Positions 24,923 through 38,153 are shown, numbered from the whole stretch's first letter. The stretch: DNA of 62,554 bases, filler included, from Rhabdomonas costata (GCA_019059605.1; 32 parts of 32 records of this genome joined end to end with filler, not necessarily neighbours in it); one strand, 5' to 3'. A program made the numbers and translations. Notes: generated from the sequence alone by a model not told the origin.

Positions 24923-26431
24923 TATTTTTCGTCCTATGCATTGGGGGGGGGGAGTAACCGGTTGGACGACGTTAAACGGTGTGTTACAATACTGGAGATT
25001 TTCTATTTGGGTACCTTTCCTCGGTTTTTCTGGTGTGTTAGAGGCTGACTTCGGTGAATTTGCCCGGGAAGGGTGATGAACGGTTCTCAGGAGATGCCAC
25101 GCAAAAGGGACAGAGTTATTTTAGGCGAAGGCCAGCGGACGCGGCACGGCCGGAGCGGGCGGCTGAGGAGGGAACGTTGCATGGGGGGACTGGGGGTGTT
25201 TTCGTACCATGGTTTGTTGGCGGCCGAACCTACCAGTATATAGCAGGCTACTCCGTAAAATGAGAGTTCTTAACCACGGCACACCACAGGATGTCGCGAA
25301 GGACACCGGCATAAATAGAGGCTAAAAAGGATGGACGGGTGGCGATTCAAGAAGACACCAACCCNNNNNNNNNNNNNNNNNNNNNNNNNNNNNNNNNNNN
25401 NNNNNNNNTTAATTAATTAANNNNNNNNNNNNNNNNNNNNNNNNNNNNNNNNNNNNNNNNNNNNTGTTTGTTGGACAAGGTTGGACAAGGCAAAGGTTGA
25501 TTTGAGTCTGACGTGGGACAAAGGCAAGCCCAAACGATGACGTCCAGGCCTATCAGGGCATGACACACAATGTATTGTGTTGACGAGACCCATCGGGAGT
25601 CGAGTGGAAGACACACCATTTCTAAAAAACTGTTGCCTTTGTGCGGAACTTTCACTCATTGGACAGCATGAGGTTACAATGGACATAACGGCATCTACCG
25701 GCGGGAACGTGCGGCAAGAGCGATCGTTGCTCAGTCATCCGCGACAATTCGGCGCTCTCTGGTAGCCAACTGCTGGCGAAGATTTCACAGCACAAAAGTC
25801 ATCAAAATGAAAAAATGGACCATATCGACTTAAAGAGGTTTTTACAAGGCTTAGGTTTTAGGTTGGGCATGCCCTACATTCTCCATGTCCAACTCTTGTG
25901 GCTTCAACTGCTTCCCTTTCCTTTCCGAACCGTAAATGATCTCAGGCCCAGAGCTGGCGTTGCGTTAGTCACAAACAGGGGTAATGCAGTTGATGGGGGG
26001 GGGGCGGCGGCGTAAGATGCCAAAACACTGTTAGAGTCATGACGCCCTCATGAATACCACATGGAGCAGATTGACACCTTCCCTGGATAAAATAACCGCA
26101 CCAAAAATCAGGAACCAAAGCCGCACCTCCAACGACATCCAGAAGGTCCCATCATCCTTTTCGTCATTCCCGATTTTCAACAGCTGCGAGAGAGAGATAG
26201 ACAAAATGCTCAAGGTACCCCAACAGTAAATCAGATTGAAAAAACATGATGAAATGAATACATTTGAAAGAAATGGAGAAAGTACCGAAGGGTACACGCA
26301 TCTGCACAGGTGCGCGTTATGAAACAAATTAACGTTCGAAGGCCATGCTTTTGTGTGAGAAAGCAACAGACAAAACGAGGAAGCAGTCTTTGTCACATAA
26401 GAGCTCCCATGCAAGAGAACCCGAAAGAAAC

Positions 26432-27320
26432 TCCAGAAACCCACACAAGATCAGCACCCACGGAGGGCAGTGGGTCCTTGTAGAAATTCCCGGAAACCAG
26501 AGCGACGCGGCTGCCAAGTCCTGCGCCGGGGGAAACAGCCTAATGGTCTGCTATGCCATACCGCTTCCGGAAACTCAATGGGCATTTGATGAGCATGAGC
26601 GACAGGAAAGAATTAGTTTTTTTTGTTTCCTGTCCGACAATGCTCTGTCACTTGAAAATCAAATTGACACCTCGAAACGACCAGTGACATGGGGCAAAGC
26701 GTTGGTCAACGCACCAGCAGCATTGATGCGCTTCTCCGCCATCGACACCACGTGCGGAAGGTCAAACAAAGTCGCCTTGGCATTGGGATTTTGCTTCAGA
26801 TAGGCCAAAGCCCAGGAAGCTGGGCCACAACCCTGTTGCGGAAGCCGAGGAGTACACCGCAAGGGTTCGTTTCAGCAGCAGCTCTCATCCGATACATCGG
26901 ATAGGCCGTGCATAGACATTTGAGGTTCAGCTGCCGTTCTCGGGCATTTCCCGTTCTACTTGGGAGAAACGGAAAATCGCAACCGGCTAACGGTCTTGAA
27001 GGTGTATGTCAAGTCCAAGTGAGAGCATACCACGTCCAGGAAATGGTTGCCTTTCAGTCCACGCACAGTGGACAGCACCTTGCCCGCCTCCGGCTCAGAT
27101 AGGTTACTCATCGCTTCAATGAAAGCCTCCTCGTCCTTCTCCTTCCCTCGAATGCTGTTGAAGCGGAGCTCCGAGCTTCCCCCCCCACCACCCTTGACGA
27201 TCTCGGCGAGCTGGCCCCAGCCTCGGTAGATGTTGCTCATGTGTTGGGTCAGCGCAAGCACACTTCCGGGCCCTCGCTGGCCCAGCGCCGCTCGAACAGA
27301 CTCCGGGGCCGAGTACCTGT
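26432..27320 (-). CDS. SAM-dependent O-methyltransferase (Methyltransf_2, ASMT-like, bacterial-type), exons 27320-27031, 26832-26715, 26520-26432
   Basis: GWGQLAEIVK...EEAFIEAM...HFLDV|GCGPASWALAYLKQNPNAKATLFDLPHVV...RVALVSGNFYKDPLPSVGADLVWVS contains the LDVGxG, DLPHV and G(D/N)F motifs. Confidence 0.88.
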
Positions 27321-27422
27321 GGNNNNNNNNNNNNNNNNNNNNNNNNNNNNNNNNNNNNNNNNNNNNTTAATTAATTAANNNNNNNNNNNNNNNNNNNNNN
27401 NNNNNNNNNNNNNNNNNNNNNN

Positions 27423-29134
27423 GTGTTGGGGTGATCTACAACATCCCAGGGATGGCCATCAGCAGCCCCCCGCTGAACCTCACGACGGAGCTTCTGGTGG
27501 GGATCTACACGGAGCGAGTGACGCAGTGGGACGACCCGCGGATCGTGGCACTGAACCCAGCGATTGCTGGGCAGCTCCCCAGCATGCCGATCACTCGGTT
27601 TGTTCGGAAGGACTCGAGCGGCACGACCAGCGTGTTCACCAGCGCCCTGAAAGCGTTCAGCTCGAACTGGACTGCAGTGGGCACCAGTGTGACGTGGCCG
27701 AACACCAACGGGAAGCTGCAGACGGCCACGGGAAGCTCCGCTGTTGCGATCTCTGTTCTGTGGACTCCGTACAGCATCGGGTACGTGGGCTCGGACACGA
27801 CGATGCAGTACAGCCTGCCCTCTGCCCAGTTCATCACCCCGGGCGGCCAAGTCCAAGCTCTCACCGCGAACAACACCGCGCTGGCTGCCCTGTCGTTTCC
27901 GCTGGGCGCTGACCTTTCTGCGACAATTGTGAACGCGCCGTACCCCGCCTATCCCATCTCTGGTTACGAGTACTTCATCCTGCGGATGTCGTCGATGGGG
28001 TGCGAGAAGGCTTACTGGCTGCAGCGTTTTGTGCAATTCACGTACAGCTCGTCCTCACAGACTCTTGCGATTAGCCTTGGATTCACTCCCACGAAGAGCA
28101 CGGTGATGGAGCAGGTGATGACGAAGCTGAATGAGCTGCGGTGCGTGGACACGGACGGTTCGAAGCCTCTGGTGTACACGCTGAAGCAGCGCTATGACCC
28201 GGACCCCGTGCTGGGTATGAAAGCGAGCTTACAGGCTTTTAGGAAGTGATCGTAAGCCTTTCAATGTCACGTTCCACTATACTCCGCGGTTTTCTCTTTC
28301 CAGGTAGCTCTTCGGTCAACTTGCTGCCGATTGTCCTTCCTTGCGTTGGTGGCCTGTGCTTGATCGGTGTGGCGGCTTACATCCTTAACAGGTCGTGCTC
28401 CTGTAGACCCGTTTTCCATTTGTGTAAGATTGCGTTTCTATGCTGGGTGGCTTTGGGGTTGTTTTGTAATGCCGTCTAGGTGACACTAGATGACGCTATT
28501 GAGGTTTGATGCAGATTTCGGCACAGCTTGCGCATCTGTGTTAGTGTGTGCAGTGCGGGAACATGGCGCGCTTCGCCTCTAGGTCATTTTGTGTGCTGTT
28601 TAGGCCCCTTCCCACAACCTCTTTCGCATTATCAGTGTCGCCACTGCATGAAAGTGGGGGTGAGTTGGGGGGACGGCTCTAAAAGCGTTGGAAGTAGAGA
28701 AGGGAAACACACGCAACCGCCCGGCCCAAAAATTTTCGGATTCGCCCTTTTGGTTGTGCTGATGTCCCCCTTTTTCTTGCCTCAGTCTTGCTATGGCCGT
28801 GCTGTCCAAGGCAGCGTAATTTTCTTACCAAAGCATAGTGTTTCGGACTCAGCGAGAAAAAACCGAATTTTTATATCTGGGATAAACTGGATTCCATGCA
28901 GCGAGAAACGGTTCAAATGAGAGAATTTTTGAGATCGTTCAGATGAAAGAATTTGATTGCACTGATTTTCGCGCTCTCTTCTGACAACTGGTCTGCAATG
29001 AAATCTCAAGGAAGCTGAAGAAGCGCCTGCTGGAGGTCAACCGCCGCCTCAACGACGTCAATGTCGCTGTGGAGCTCAGCGCGGCGATCGCGACATTCGA
29101 TCTGGAGAAGCTGACGTTTCTGGAGGAGATCAAG
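27423..29134 (+). CDS. Single-pass membrane protein with PstS-like phosphate-binding ectodomain, exons <27423-28214, 28304-28391, 29011-29134
   Basis: IYNIPG...LNLT..LLVGIY...TQWDDPRIVALNP...RKDSSGTTSVFTSAL...SIGYV...AYPISGYEY are PstS motifs; spliced to TM LLPIVLPCVGGLCLIGVAAYIL, then RKLKKR and VAVELSAAIATFDLEKLTFLEEIK. Confidence 0.85.
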
Positions 29135-29599
29135 GCAAACCATTGCCCTGTGCTACCCACTCCTGTCATCTCGCTTTCGCTTTTTTTATTGCCGCTCTCC
29201 AAGGGTTTTGGAGTGTTGGAACCAGGGACGGATCGTTGCTGTTCTTCTCTTGTCGCGTTGCAATGGAAGAACAACAACACCNNNNNNNNNNNNNNNNNNN
29301 NNNNNNNNNNNNNNNNNNNNNNNNNTTAATTAATTAANNNNNNNNNNNNNNNNNNNNNNNNNNNNNNNNNNNNNNNNNNNNGGGTTTTGAGGGATTAAGG
29401 GTTTTGGTTCCTTTAATACTCTATGCGTAGAAATTTCGGAGCAGGCTTGAACTGGGAACAGGGGGTGCTGGATTCCTTTTCGGAATATTCTCTTCATAAT
29501 TTTTTTCTCGAATCTTTTGGGTTGGCCAACACCAGCGAGTTATTACACGGGGTTTTTGGGACAGGAAAAAGTCTCCCTTTGTCATCCATGTCCGCACAG

Positions 29600-30340
29600 T
29601 TGGTTCGCATGCACTGCAGGCTGCTAACTTCAGCTGACGTTTCCGGAGACGTATTTGAGTATGTGGCTGAGCTGGCGCTGGGTTTTCTTAGGTCGTTTTG
29701 CGTCTACGGAGTTCGGTAACGTCCAAGGTGGTGCTGGTGGTGCTCTAGTCCTTGGTTCAAGTTCAAATTCAAGAACCAACACCTCCACCACCACTAATTC
29801 CCTAATTCCCCGTTGTAAGACACCACTGCTGTTGCTGTGTTGCAAACGCTGGAGAGGAAAAACCATGAACTAAAACTATACACCGCGGCACCGTGCAGGT
29901 GCAAACACACACAAACACAACACACCGCATACCAAGAAGGTGAAAAAGTTTTCCTGGCCACCTTCACCCCCGCGGCCACGCCTGCTTCATAGGAGGCCAA
30001 AGGTTGATTTTTACTGCATCATCTTTGACGTCCGAAAAAAGTTTTCTTCATCTCTTTCGATTTCTTACAGGTTTTGTATGAACATAAAAAACTGGCTAAC
30101 CCTGTCCAGCCGCCCTTACACAGTCAGATGTTTGAGACGTACGCAAGAAGTTCTCATCTCATCCAACACCGCACTTCGGTGAGCGCTGACATCTGAGCAG
30201 TAGGTGAATGAAATGACCCCAAGCACGTCTGGTGCCGTCCGACAGTGGATGGCTCTTTCAGCCGAGTGGAAGCACTACGCTTTCAAAAACATGGTTCTTC
30301 CATTGTGTCCCGGCAACCAGCCGCCACTGTTTCCTTGTGG
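29600..30340 (+). CDS. Hypothetical protein, several short exons
   Basis: AG/GT-flanked segments such as LVRMHCRLLTSADVSGDVFEYVAELALGFLRSF (about 29600-29715); frame of later exons is ambiguous. Confidence 0.3.
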
Positions 30341-31694
30341 TAGGGGGAGGGGTACAGTGGCGACACTTACTTCAGATTAACCTTCACTTTTCTTTTCTTT
30401 TTTTTTTTTCACGTTGCGGAGTATAAGCTTCATTTTGCACGTGGTGATCTTCACACATCATGCTTCGTACAAGGAATGAATCGCCAACAATCGAGTTGCG
30501 ACAGAATTGATGATCTGGTTGCTCGTGAACACGTCGCATTCAAGCGGAAATGCAGAGCCCCTTGGGAAAGGGGCCGACCTACAGCCAGGGGCACAGTGCC
30601 CCAAAAAGGGGGGGGTAGAACGACATGCACATTTGTTGGTCACGCTGCTGCTGCTGCTGCTGCTGTGAGCGTATTTTCGTCCTGTTTGAGGCAGGACGTG
30701 GACAAAGCAGCCCGGGAAAAATCATTTCCTCACGGCGCGAGGCAGTTGCGCAGACAATGTGCGGTCTGTGCAGGTAAAAACATCAAACCGGGGAGGCCGA
30801 TTGAAACTTTGTCTGGGACCACAAGAGGACGGTAAAACATGACTGAAGGATCAAACCAACACTCCAAAACGTGCCCAAAGAATTGTTGTGCGGTGCAAAA
30901 AGCCTTGATTCAAATGACATCTGCCCGGAAATCAAAGCTAAATTGTAGCATTGTCTGCCGATTGCCCCGTCATTAAAAGATGAAACATGGGAACGAAAGA
31001 ATCGATCACATTTAAAATTGCAGCATTTAGGATTGGGACAGCGACGCTTTACAGTGAACCCTCCGTATCGGGAGCAAGCTCTCAACGACTACGGCACATG
31101 AAGGTGAGGGCATTGCCTGTGGGTCACCTCGCAAAAGAAAATATTGTCTTCAGTATGAATTATTTGACCCCTTATTCCACCGCTTGCTAGTCCTTGTTGT
31201 AAAGCCGAAGAAAAAAGACCCCAGCCTTCTTTCATCAAAGAANNNNNNNNNNNNNNNNNNNNNNNNNNNNNNNNNNNNNNNNNNNNTTAATTAATTAANN
31301 NNNNNNNNNNNNNNNNNNNNNNNNNNNNNNNNNNNNNNNNNNTGTTGGTGGGTGCCACAAAAGCTGTGTGTACGGAAGACAAATACAGTTTGGGACACAG
31401 TGGCCCGAAAGTGGGCAAAGAAAAACGAAATCTGCATCTGGGTGAAAAAAAATGCAATGGGAGGGAACCTTGACATTTGGAGGACAAAACTGCACCTCCA
31501 CGTGGAAGCGTATGGATAGGAAGTGGAGTCCAAGCGCAAAGCACATGACAAACTATTCCTCTCCGAAACGCTGCGAAACGCCACCATTGGAAAAGTGAGA
31601 GTCAAAGAGAGTCAAACGGTTTGCAAAAGAGCAGTGGGGCTTTTCGGCCTCAGTTTGTGGGGTGAAGGTGCACGCAGGGGTGCAGAGGAGAACC

Positions 31695-33185
31695 TTCTTT
31701 CGAGTAGTAAGTGGGGCCCTCGTAGGTCACTACCCTTTGGTAGATAGGGTACCGGTGGTCATCCAGCGCGAAGGAGTTCTGCCGCTTGTCCACCATGGTA
31801 ACATGGGGGGACCACACCGCCTGCACACGACAAGATGGCGTGTATGCGCGAAAATTGTCGCGCAGCTCCAACCAAAACGCAACTCGCATTTCCTCCTGCC
31901 AACCGTGAACAGATATGGTGCAACCAACTCTCCCATTTTCCATTGCAACTCCAATCTGCAGTCGCTTGGATCAGCGCAAGCTCTGATTCTATGCAAAGAA
32001 AAAAACGAAGGCTCACCTGCATTGTAACATTGTACTTCCCGTTGGGCGGTACAAACTGTTGAAGGACACCCTGTCCGCGCTTCATGCGCTTGGTGAGAAA
32101 CTCCACTGCACAACACAAAGAAAAACACGGAAAACTTGTCCACATGGTCCACCGGCACCTCTCACCGTACGTTTAGGAGGAAGCCGACACAACACGTCCC
32201 CTCCCCAACGAGTGGATGCATCACAACACCATCTTCGAGCTCCCCAGAAACCTCAACATCCAAAATAAGCAAAAATTTGGGGTGTTTGGCGCGTAGCGAG
32301 CTGGTTGTTGATGATTGCTATGATGACTGTAAGGCGCACGCAATTTGATCATGGGTACTTGCAAGAGGTGCCCTCGGAGCGCGAACCCCTGAAACTTACA
32401 AAACGCCAAGCGTGGGTTAGGTTATTAAATGAAAAGGGAAGCGCGCTATTCTGGAAAACCCCTTAACCTTGGGCTGGGGCGATTCTGATGAAAACAGGCA
32501 GAGCAAACATACGAAGTCCCTCACGGTCAAAGTACTCCACAGATGTCTGCAGTTTTCCTTCTGCGCACATCCCCAGCCCCAGCCCCCATCAAGGCTGCGA
32601 CATCAGTGAGGGTAAGGAAGTGAAAACGTACCCCACCCCAAGAGCATAAATGCACTCTAAAATCTGAATCCAATTCCAAAATCAAAAAAACCACCTCGTT
32701 GCCGTCACGTTCGTCTTTCCGCTGATAGGTACTATCCTGACCTATTGCTCTTCAAAAAGAACAAATACCAAAAATGCAAGTGACTTCCGAAAATTCCGGC
32801 TTTGGAATGACCGAAAGTCCTAAGAAGGACCAACAACTGATGTGCACAGCTGTGCAGCGCCTGGATACTATCCCTTTATTCATGCGCAAAATGCGCAACA
32901 GCGCAATCAATAAGCATCTCACTATGTAAGGAATTTGCTCCCAGTCACTCCAAAGTTGTGCCTCAAGGAAGATATGCGCTAAGAGCCTTGAACCCACTCC
33001 CATCACAGACCCGCATCCTCAGTGCAAGAGAGATAGCTGGCCACCACGTCCAGGTCGCCGTGAAGGTTGGCCCCACATCCGCGGCCCTTCTTCCAGCAGA
33101 ACTCCCTCCACACAGCTTCTGTATCGATCTCCTTCCCCACACGGCGCTCCAGCTCGCCTTTCTGCTCCGACCAGAAGTACCATCC
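31695..33185 (-). CDS. Conserved uncharacterised protist protein, four exons
   Basis: WYFWSEQKGELERR...DVVASY|TSVEYFDREGL|LEFLTKRMKRGQGVLQQFVPPNGKYNVTMQ|AVWSPHVTMVDKRQN...YQRVVTYEGPTYYSKE; GT-AG junctions, the last two checked for phase. Confidence 0.65.
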
Positions 33186-35772
33186 TAACCCCCACCCCCC
33201 NNNNNNNNNNNNNNNNNNNNNNNNNNNNNNNNNNNNNNNNNNNNTTAATTAATTAANNNNNNNNNNNNNNNNNNNNNNNNNNNNNNNNNNNNNNNNNNNN
33301 TATCTTTGAGGTTGGTTTGGAAAGTAACCTGCTGACGGCGGGTGTTTGCACAGTCCATCTGAAAGGCAAGAATAAAGAAGTACAATGCTGACTTATGAAC
33401 TATTTTCATTGCTGAGCCGGGCTCCCAAGCGCAACGCCCGCGCCGCGCGGTGCTCCAGTCCGTGCTATATTAGAATTAATTTTGGATCGCTACTTTTGGA
33501 TTTTTGATCAAATAATTTTGATCCAAAGATAGATCCAAAGATCCGATCCAAAAAATATCTCCCAGAATAAAGCCGAAAGAATACTTCTGGCTCCCCAGCT
33601 TGCGAAATGGCTGCAGTGTATGAAGGATACTTTTTCATGCATCTTTCATCTCATGAGATGTATGAAAAAAGCATCCTTCTTCTGCTGCAAGAGAGGACCA
33701 GGGAGTGTTCCAAATTAAATCCGTACAAAAATTCCCACCATGTCCGTGATCCGAATTAATCCGATTCAAAAATCCTCTTGCTGTTGGTGCCCCAGTTCAA
33801 TTGCAATTTTTACCCCTTTCACAGCCATCCCTTCCTTCTGTCTTCTTTGTGAAGTGTTTTGGAGTTCCCTGGGAAAGGTGACACCCAACAAACATAGACT
33901 CCGTTGCGCCGCCGCGCACGCCGACCAGGGCATTAACGGGGTATTAACGTGTCAACCACCGTCGTCGAAGCGTTTCCCCAACCGCGAAGGGACGCACCCC
34001 AGGAGGCTTCTTCGCGGTATGAGACGAACTCCACAAAACAGGACCCGTTGGTCGTCAGCAACTTGTCTCCAGCAAATTCGGAGCAGAAATAGGCAATGTC
34101 TCGTGAAGATGTCTCGTCTACGATTCTGCGCCCTGCGAGAAGTGTGCGGCCATCAGAACTAAGGGAAGCTTTTGAGTACCTTCACAATTTCCTCAGGAGA
34201 ACAGACGGGTCGTCCCTTACGTCCAACTGGGCGGTTGGGTCCGCGCAGTTTTCTGCAGGGATGCCATTGACGACCGCGTGCTCCAGCCACTCACAACATC
34301 GGCAAGCCCTGTTCCTGGATACGAGCAGTGTGCAGAAAGGGGAAATTAATAATGTACCGTTGATACACTTCCCGTTAAAATTCATTCATTTTTAAACCCT
34401 AACCCTATGAATAACCGTCAACCACCCCGGAGATCCGGAGATGAACACGCCCACCTGGGCCTGGTCTACGTGGGAGGGTCGCTTTTTGTGTACCCTTGCC
34501 CCCAGCTCCCACAGTGGAGTTTCCTTCCACGCCCTGGCGGTTTCCCGACATCAGCCCCGTTGACCACAAGATCTTCCGCGGCGTCTGAGGGTTTTCATGC
34601 GTTCCTGCTGTTGTCACCCAAAATCAACTTGGGGTAAATTATTTTTCAACCTAATCTGAAAACGCTACAATAATTGTCCAACGTAAATTGAACCCCTCTC
34701 ATCATAAAGATCATAAAATTTCCAAATACTGTAAATACGAGCTGAATCTTATGGGTATTTGTATCCAATTGCAGCATACTTTCCCATGCTTCAGCACACG
34801 ACGTGTGTAGGTTTCACGCTGTAACGGAATTTGTCTGCATCATAGGATCCCTGTTTTAAATGAGTCGCGGAAGCGCGCAGACTTTTTAGTGCTCGCCCGA
34901 AAGAAATGGAACAAAAGAAAAACAACCAAAAGGAGGCAAAGACAACAAATCTAGCCAGGGGGGAACGGGAGATATTGTATGGGAAGCAAATGATGAAAGC
35001 GGGGAGGTTGTTTCTGTTTACTAAGTGCTGTGTTTTTTCGTTTTTCTTTCTTTCTTTTTCCGACAACTGGAAGATTTTAAGTGAGTTTGCTGTTCACAAA
35101 CGCGAAGAAGAAGGGCCCAGTTCTGGTCGCTTTTGCTTTCGCTGCCCACACCCCACACNNNNNNNNNNNNNNNNNNNNNNNNNNNNNNNNNNNNNNNNNN
35201 NNTTAATTAATTAANNNNNNNNNNNNNNNNNNNNNNNNNNNNNNNNNNNNNNNNNNNNGTGGTGGTGGGTTATCGTGAGTGCGTGTGTGGTGCTTTTTGG
35301 TGGCAACCTTGTGGAGTAAACAAGAAAAAACACAATCTGCAAGTGCGCTGAAACCCCGGCACTGCCTAGCTCTCGGGAGTGCGAAAAAGGAGCTGATACA
35401 AAGGGTGAAAAGTAAACTTGAGCGAATGAGCTAAACCCAGAATGTTTTGGCTGCTTCAGTTGAAGCATGCGGGAGAGTGCTGTGCCGAGTTCCAAATACA
35501 GATGCTCTCCCCCATCCTGCCGTAACGAGGGCAGTGAGGCAATATTCACCCTTGTCCTATAATAGTACGTTCTGGCTCTCAGCTGCAAACGAAAAAACTT
35601 TTCATGTAGATATGCCACTAACCACTTCCTTACATTGCGTATTTCCCCCCTCTTTGGAGAGAGGGGGGATGGAGAGGGGGGATCATTTTTCTACAAGCCT
35701 CTGACTAGTATTGTGCGAAACCCCTAGAACGAGGGAGGAGGGAGGGGGGCCTGAATGTTCTGGTTTCCTCAG

Positions 35773-36790
35773 ACTTGCGTCCTTCTGAGCGAACTGTGGT
35801 GGACTCCATCGCCAAGATGATCTCGCACTGCTGGGCCGACGCCCGCCGCCGCCACGCAGCCACCACGGCAGCCCAGGTCGGGCCTGTGGGCGACCCACCC
35901 CCAACTCCAGCAGTAGGCGAGGTGCCTGAGGACTCCTCCAGCGTGGGGTACTCCCCCAGCCTGGCCCACATTGCCTTGGGCTACTCCCACGGGCTGCCCT
36001 CGCCCTGTCAGCCCCGCAGGGACCGAAGCGTGGTGACCCATGTCTTGGCCCCGCTTAGCGGTATCACGCACAGCAACTCATCACGCATGGCTACATGCGT
36101 GCACTTCTGTGCATTCATGGCGAGGTTTTTGACCTTAGACAACAGCACGTGTCAGAGAGAAGTTGCCGAACGGCATGCAATCGTCACTCTCATTCGCACA
36201 GGTGAGCTAGTGCTGTGCTGGTCGGCCTTCAGCACTTGCTGCTTCTTTGACGCCACCACGGGGTATGTTCTGCTGGGATGGCCTTTTTAGGGTGTTTTGC
36301 AAGGTGCTTGTGTTTGCTCGTGTGTGTCCGTTTCCCACCAAAAATGTATCTTATTAGCACCCTTTTTGAAAAAGACGGTGCTGGTATTTCGTGCGTATTT
36401 GTCGGCCATGGTTGCCTATGCTTATCGGAGTCCCTACCTTTCCCCACTTCTAAGTAGAGCAACGACGCCATGCGTGGTCTACTTACGCGACGGCAACCTC
36501 TTCTTTGTCTGCCCCCTCCCCCTCAAAGCTTTCGCAAGTCAATGCTCCATTCATTGGTGAAATGAGTATCTCACTCCCCTCAAGGGCCTTTTTGGATGTC
36601 CATTTGGCTCACCTGGAATTCATGGGGAGCGAGCTCCTGAGCTCCGCCGTGGTGCTTCCCGGAGGAGGCACCTCTGGCAATCCGCCCCTGCTCCTGCTGT
36701 GCGGAGAGTCCGCTCTACTGTTGCAGTGGCCCCAGCTCAGCTTGGTGATGGCTCTGCGAGACAGCGACCCGGTTTCCCGCCTCCTCCCTC
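35773..36790 (+). CDS. Hypothetical protein exons (about 35773-36060 and 36585-36790)
   Basis: GC3-rich open frames after pyrimidine-AG acceptors; no recognised domain. Confidence 0.35.
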
Positions 36791-38153
36791 CAGTCTTGCG
36801 GCATTTTACGCTAGGTCCACCGGCCACCCCTATCAGTGAAACCAGCACCACAACCGAGCATGATCTCTCTTCCCCCTCTCTTGGCGGCAACTACTTTTGC
36901 GTGCAAATGAAGTGTTGAAGGGAATTTCCCGAGCTCCATCACGTTTCTGCTTCGTTTCCTGTGCCCGTCGACACGTATTCCACAGTCCACACCCACCCAC
37001 CGTTGTCAGTCCTCGGTCTGTTTCCCCCGTAATCACTTTTCTGCAGCGGCCTAATCACGCCGTGAATTAATTAATAGTGAACTGTATTCAACCACCACTA
37101 CCACGGGGNNNNNNNNNNNNNNNNNNNNNNNNNNNNNNNNNNNNNNNNNNNNTTAATTAATTAANNNNNNNNNNNNNNNNNNNNNNNNNNNNNNNNNNNN
37201 NNNNNNNNGGTGTGGGTGAATAACTGCCCATCCCTTTTACCTGTTAAGGGCCAGGGACGAGCAGTTATTCACTCACATTCCTCACACAAGGGTTATCCAC
37301 ACAGCAACCAGCAGAAAGGGCCCAATCCAAAGACACCCCATAAATCAAGGGAAAACTGAATTTTACGAGGCGGGGCTGTAAACGTTTAGCACCGCAGTTT
37401 TTGACTTTTGCGGAGTTTTTTCTCGTCACTGCTGGACTTTCGCAGACAAATGGGACACGCTTATTCTAGGGACGGAGGGCAGTCCGCGGCCGGAGCGGGC
37501 GGGTGGGCGTTTTCCAATATTATCATACAGAAAGGTTATGACCGACTTGCAGTGCTACACGGTTAACGCCATCCCCAAAAACAGGCAGCACAGTGCGTTC
37601 CAGACGTCAGGCGTCATGGAGGGTATGCTGGAATGACAAAGGGATGCGCACAATAGTCCGGTCATCTGAACAATGACAGCGGACCGACCCAGTCAAAGCA
37701 ATGTGAGTGGAGATGTGGGAGCTCCCGATCCCGCAGACATATCCCTCCACGCGGGACAACAATGCCAGGGAGAGTTGGATCGACCCAAAAAAAATTCAAG
37801 GGCCCCCTTTTCAGGAGAATTAAGACGTCTGGTGGACAACATTCCACTGCGCCCCAAATGCAGGTCCAGCGATACAGCGCCGAATGAGTGGCCTCCCTCC
37901 AACCTTAAAATACATCAGAACCGGGACGAGGCAGTGAATCAGGCTTGATCTGCTCCCCTTGCAAAATTGCTGCCAATAAACTCGCCAGGAATGAGAGTGA
38001 CTTGACTTTAACGAGACTGAATCAAGAGTGCAAATTAAAAAAGAAATTGAGATGAGATCTCTCTGTGTGTGCGTTCCTATGCGTTCATCCAGGAATGGAT
38101 CTGATCCGACTACTTGAGCGGTGGGTAATGTACGGGCGTGTGCGTACGCGGAC

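Noticed and set aside
27423-28249. Bacterial contaminant pstS gene
   Set aside because: Continues through in-frame GT-AG introns into TM and cytoplasmic exons; no pstCAB follows.
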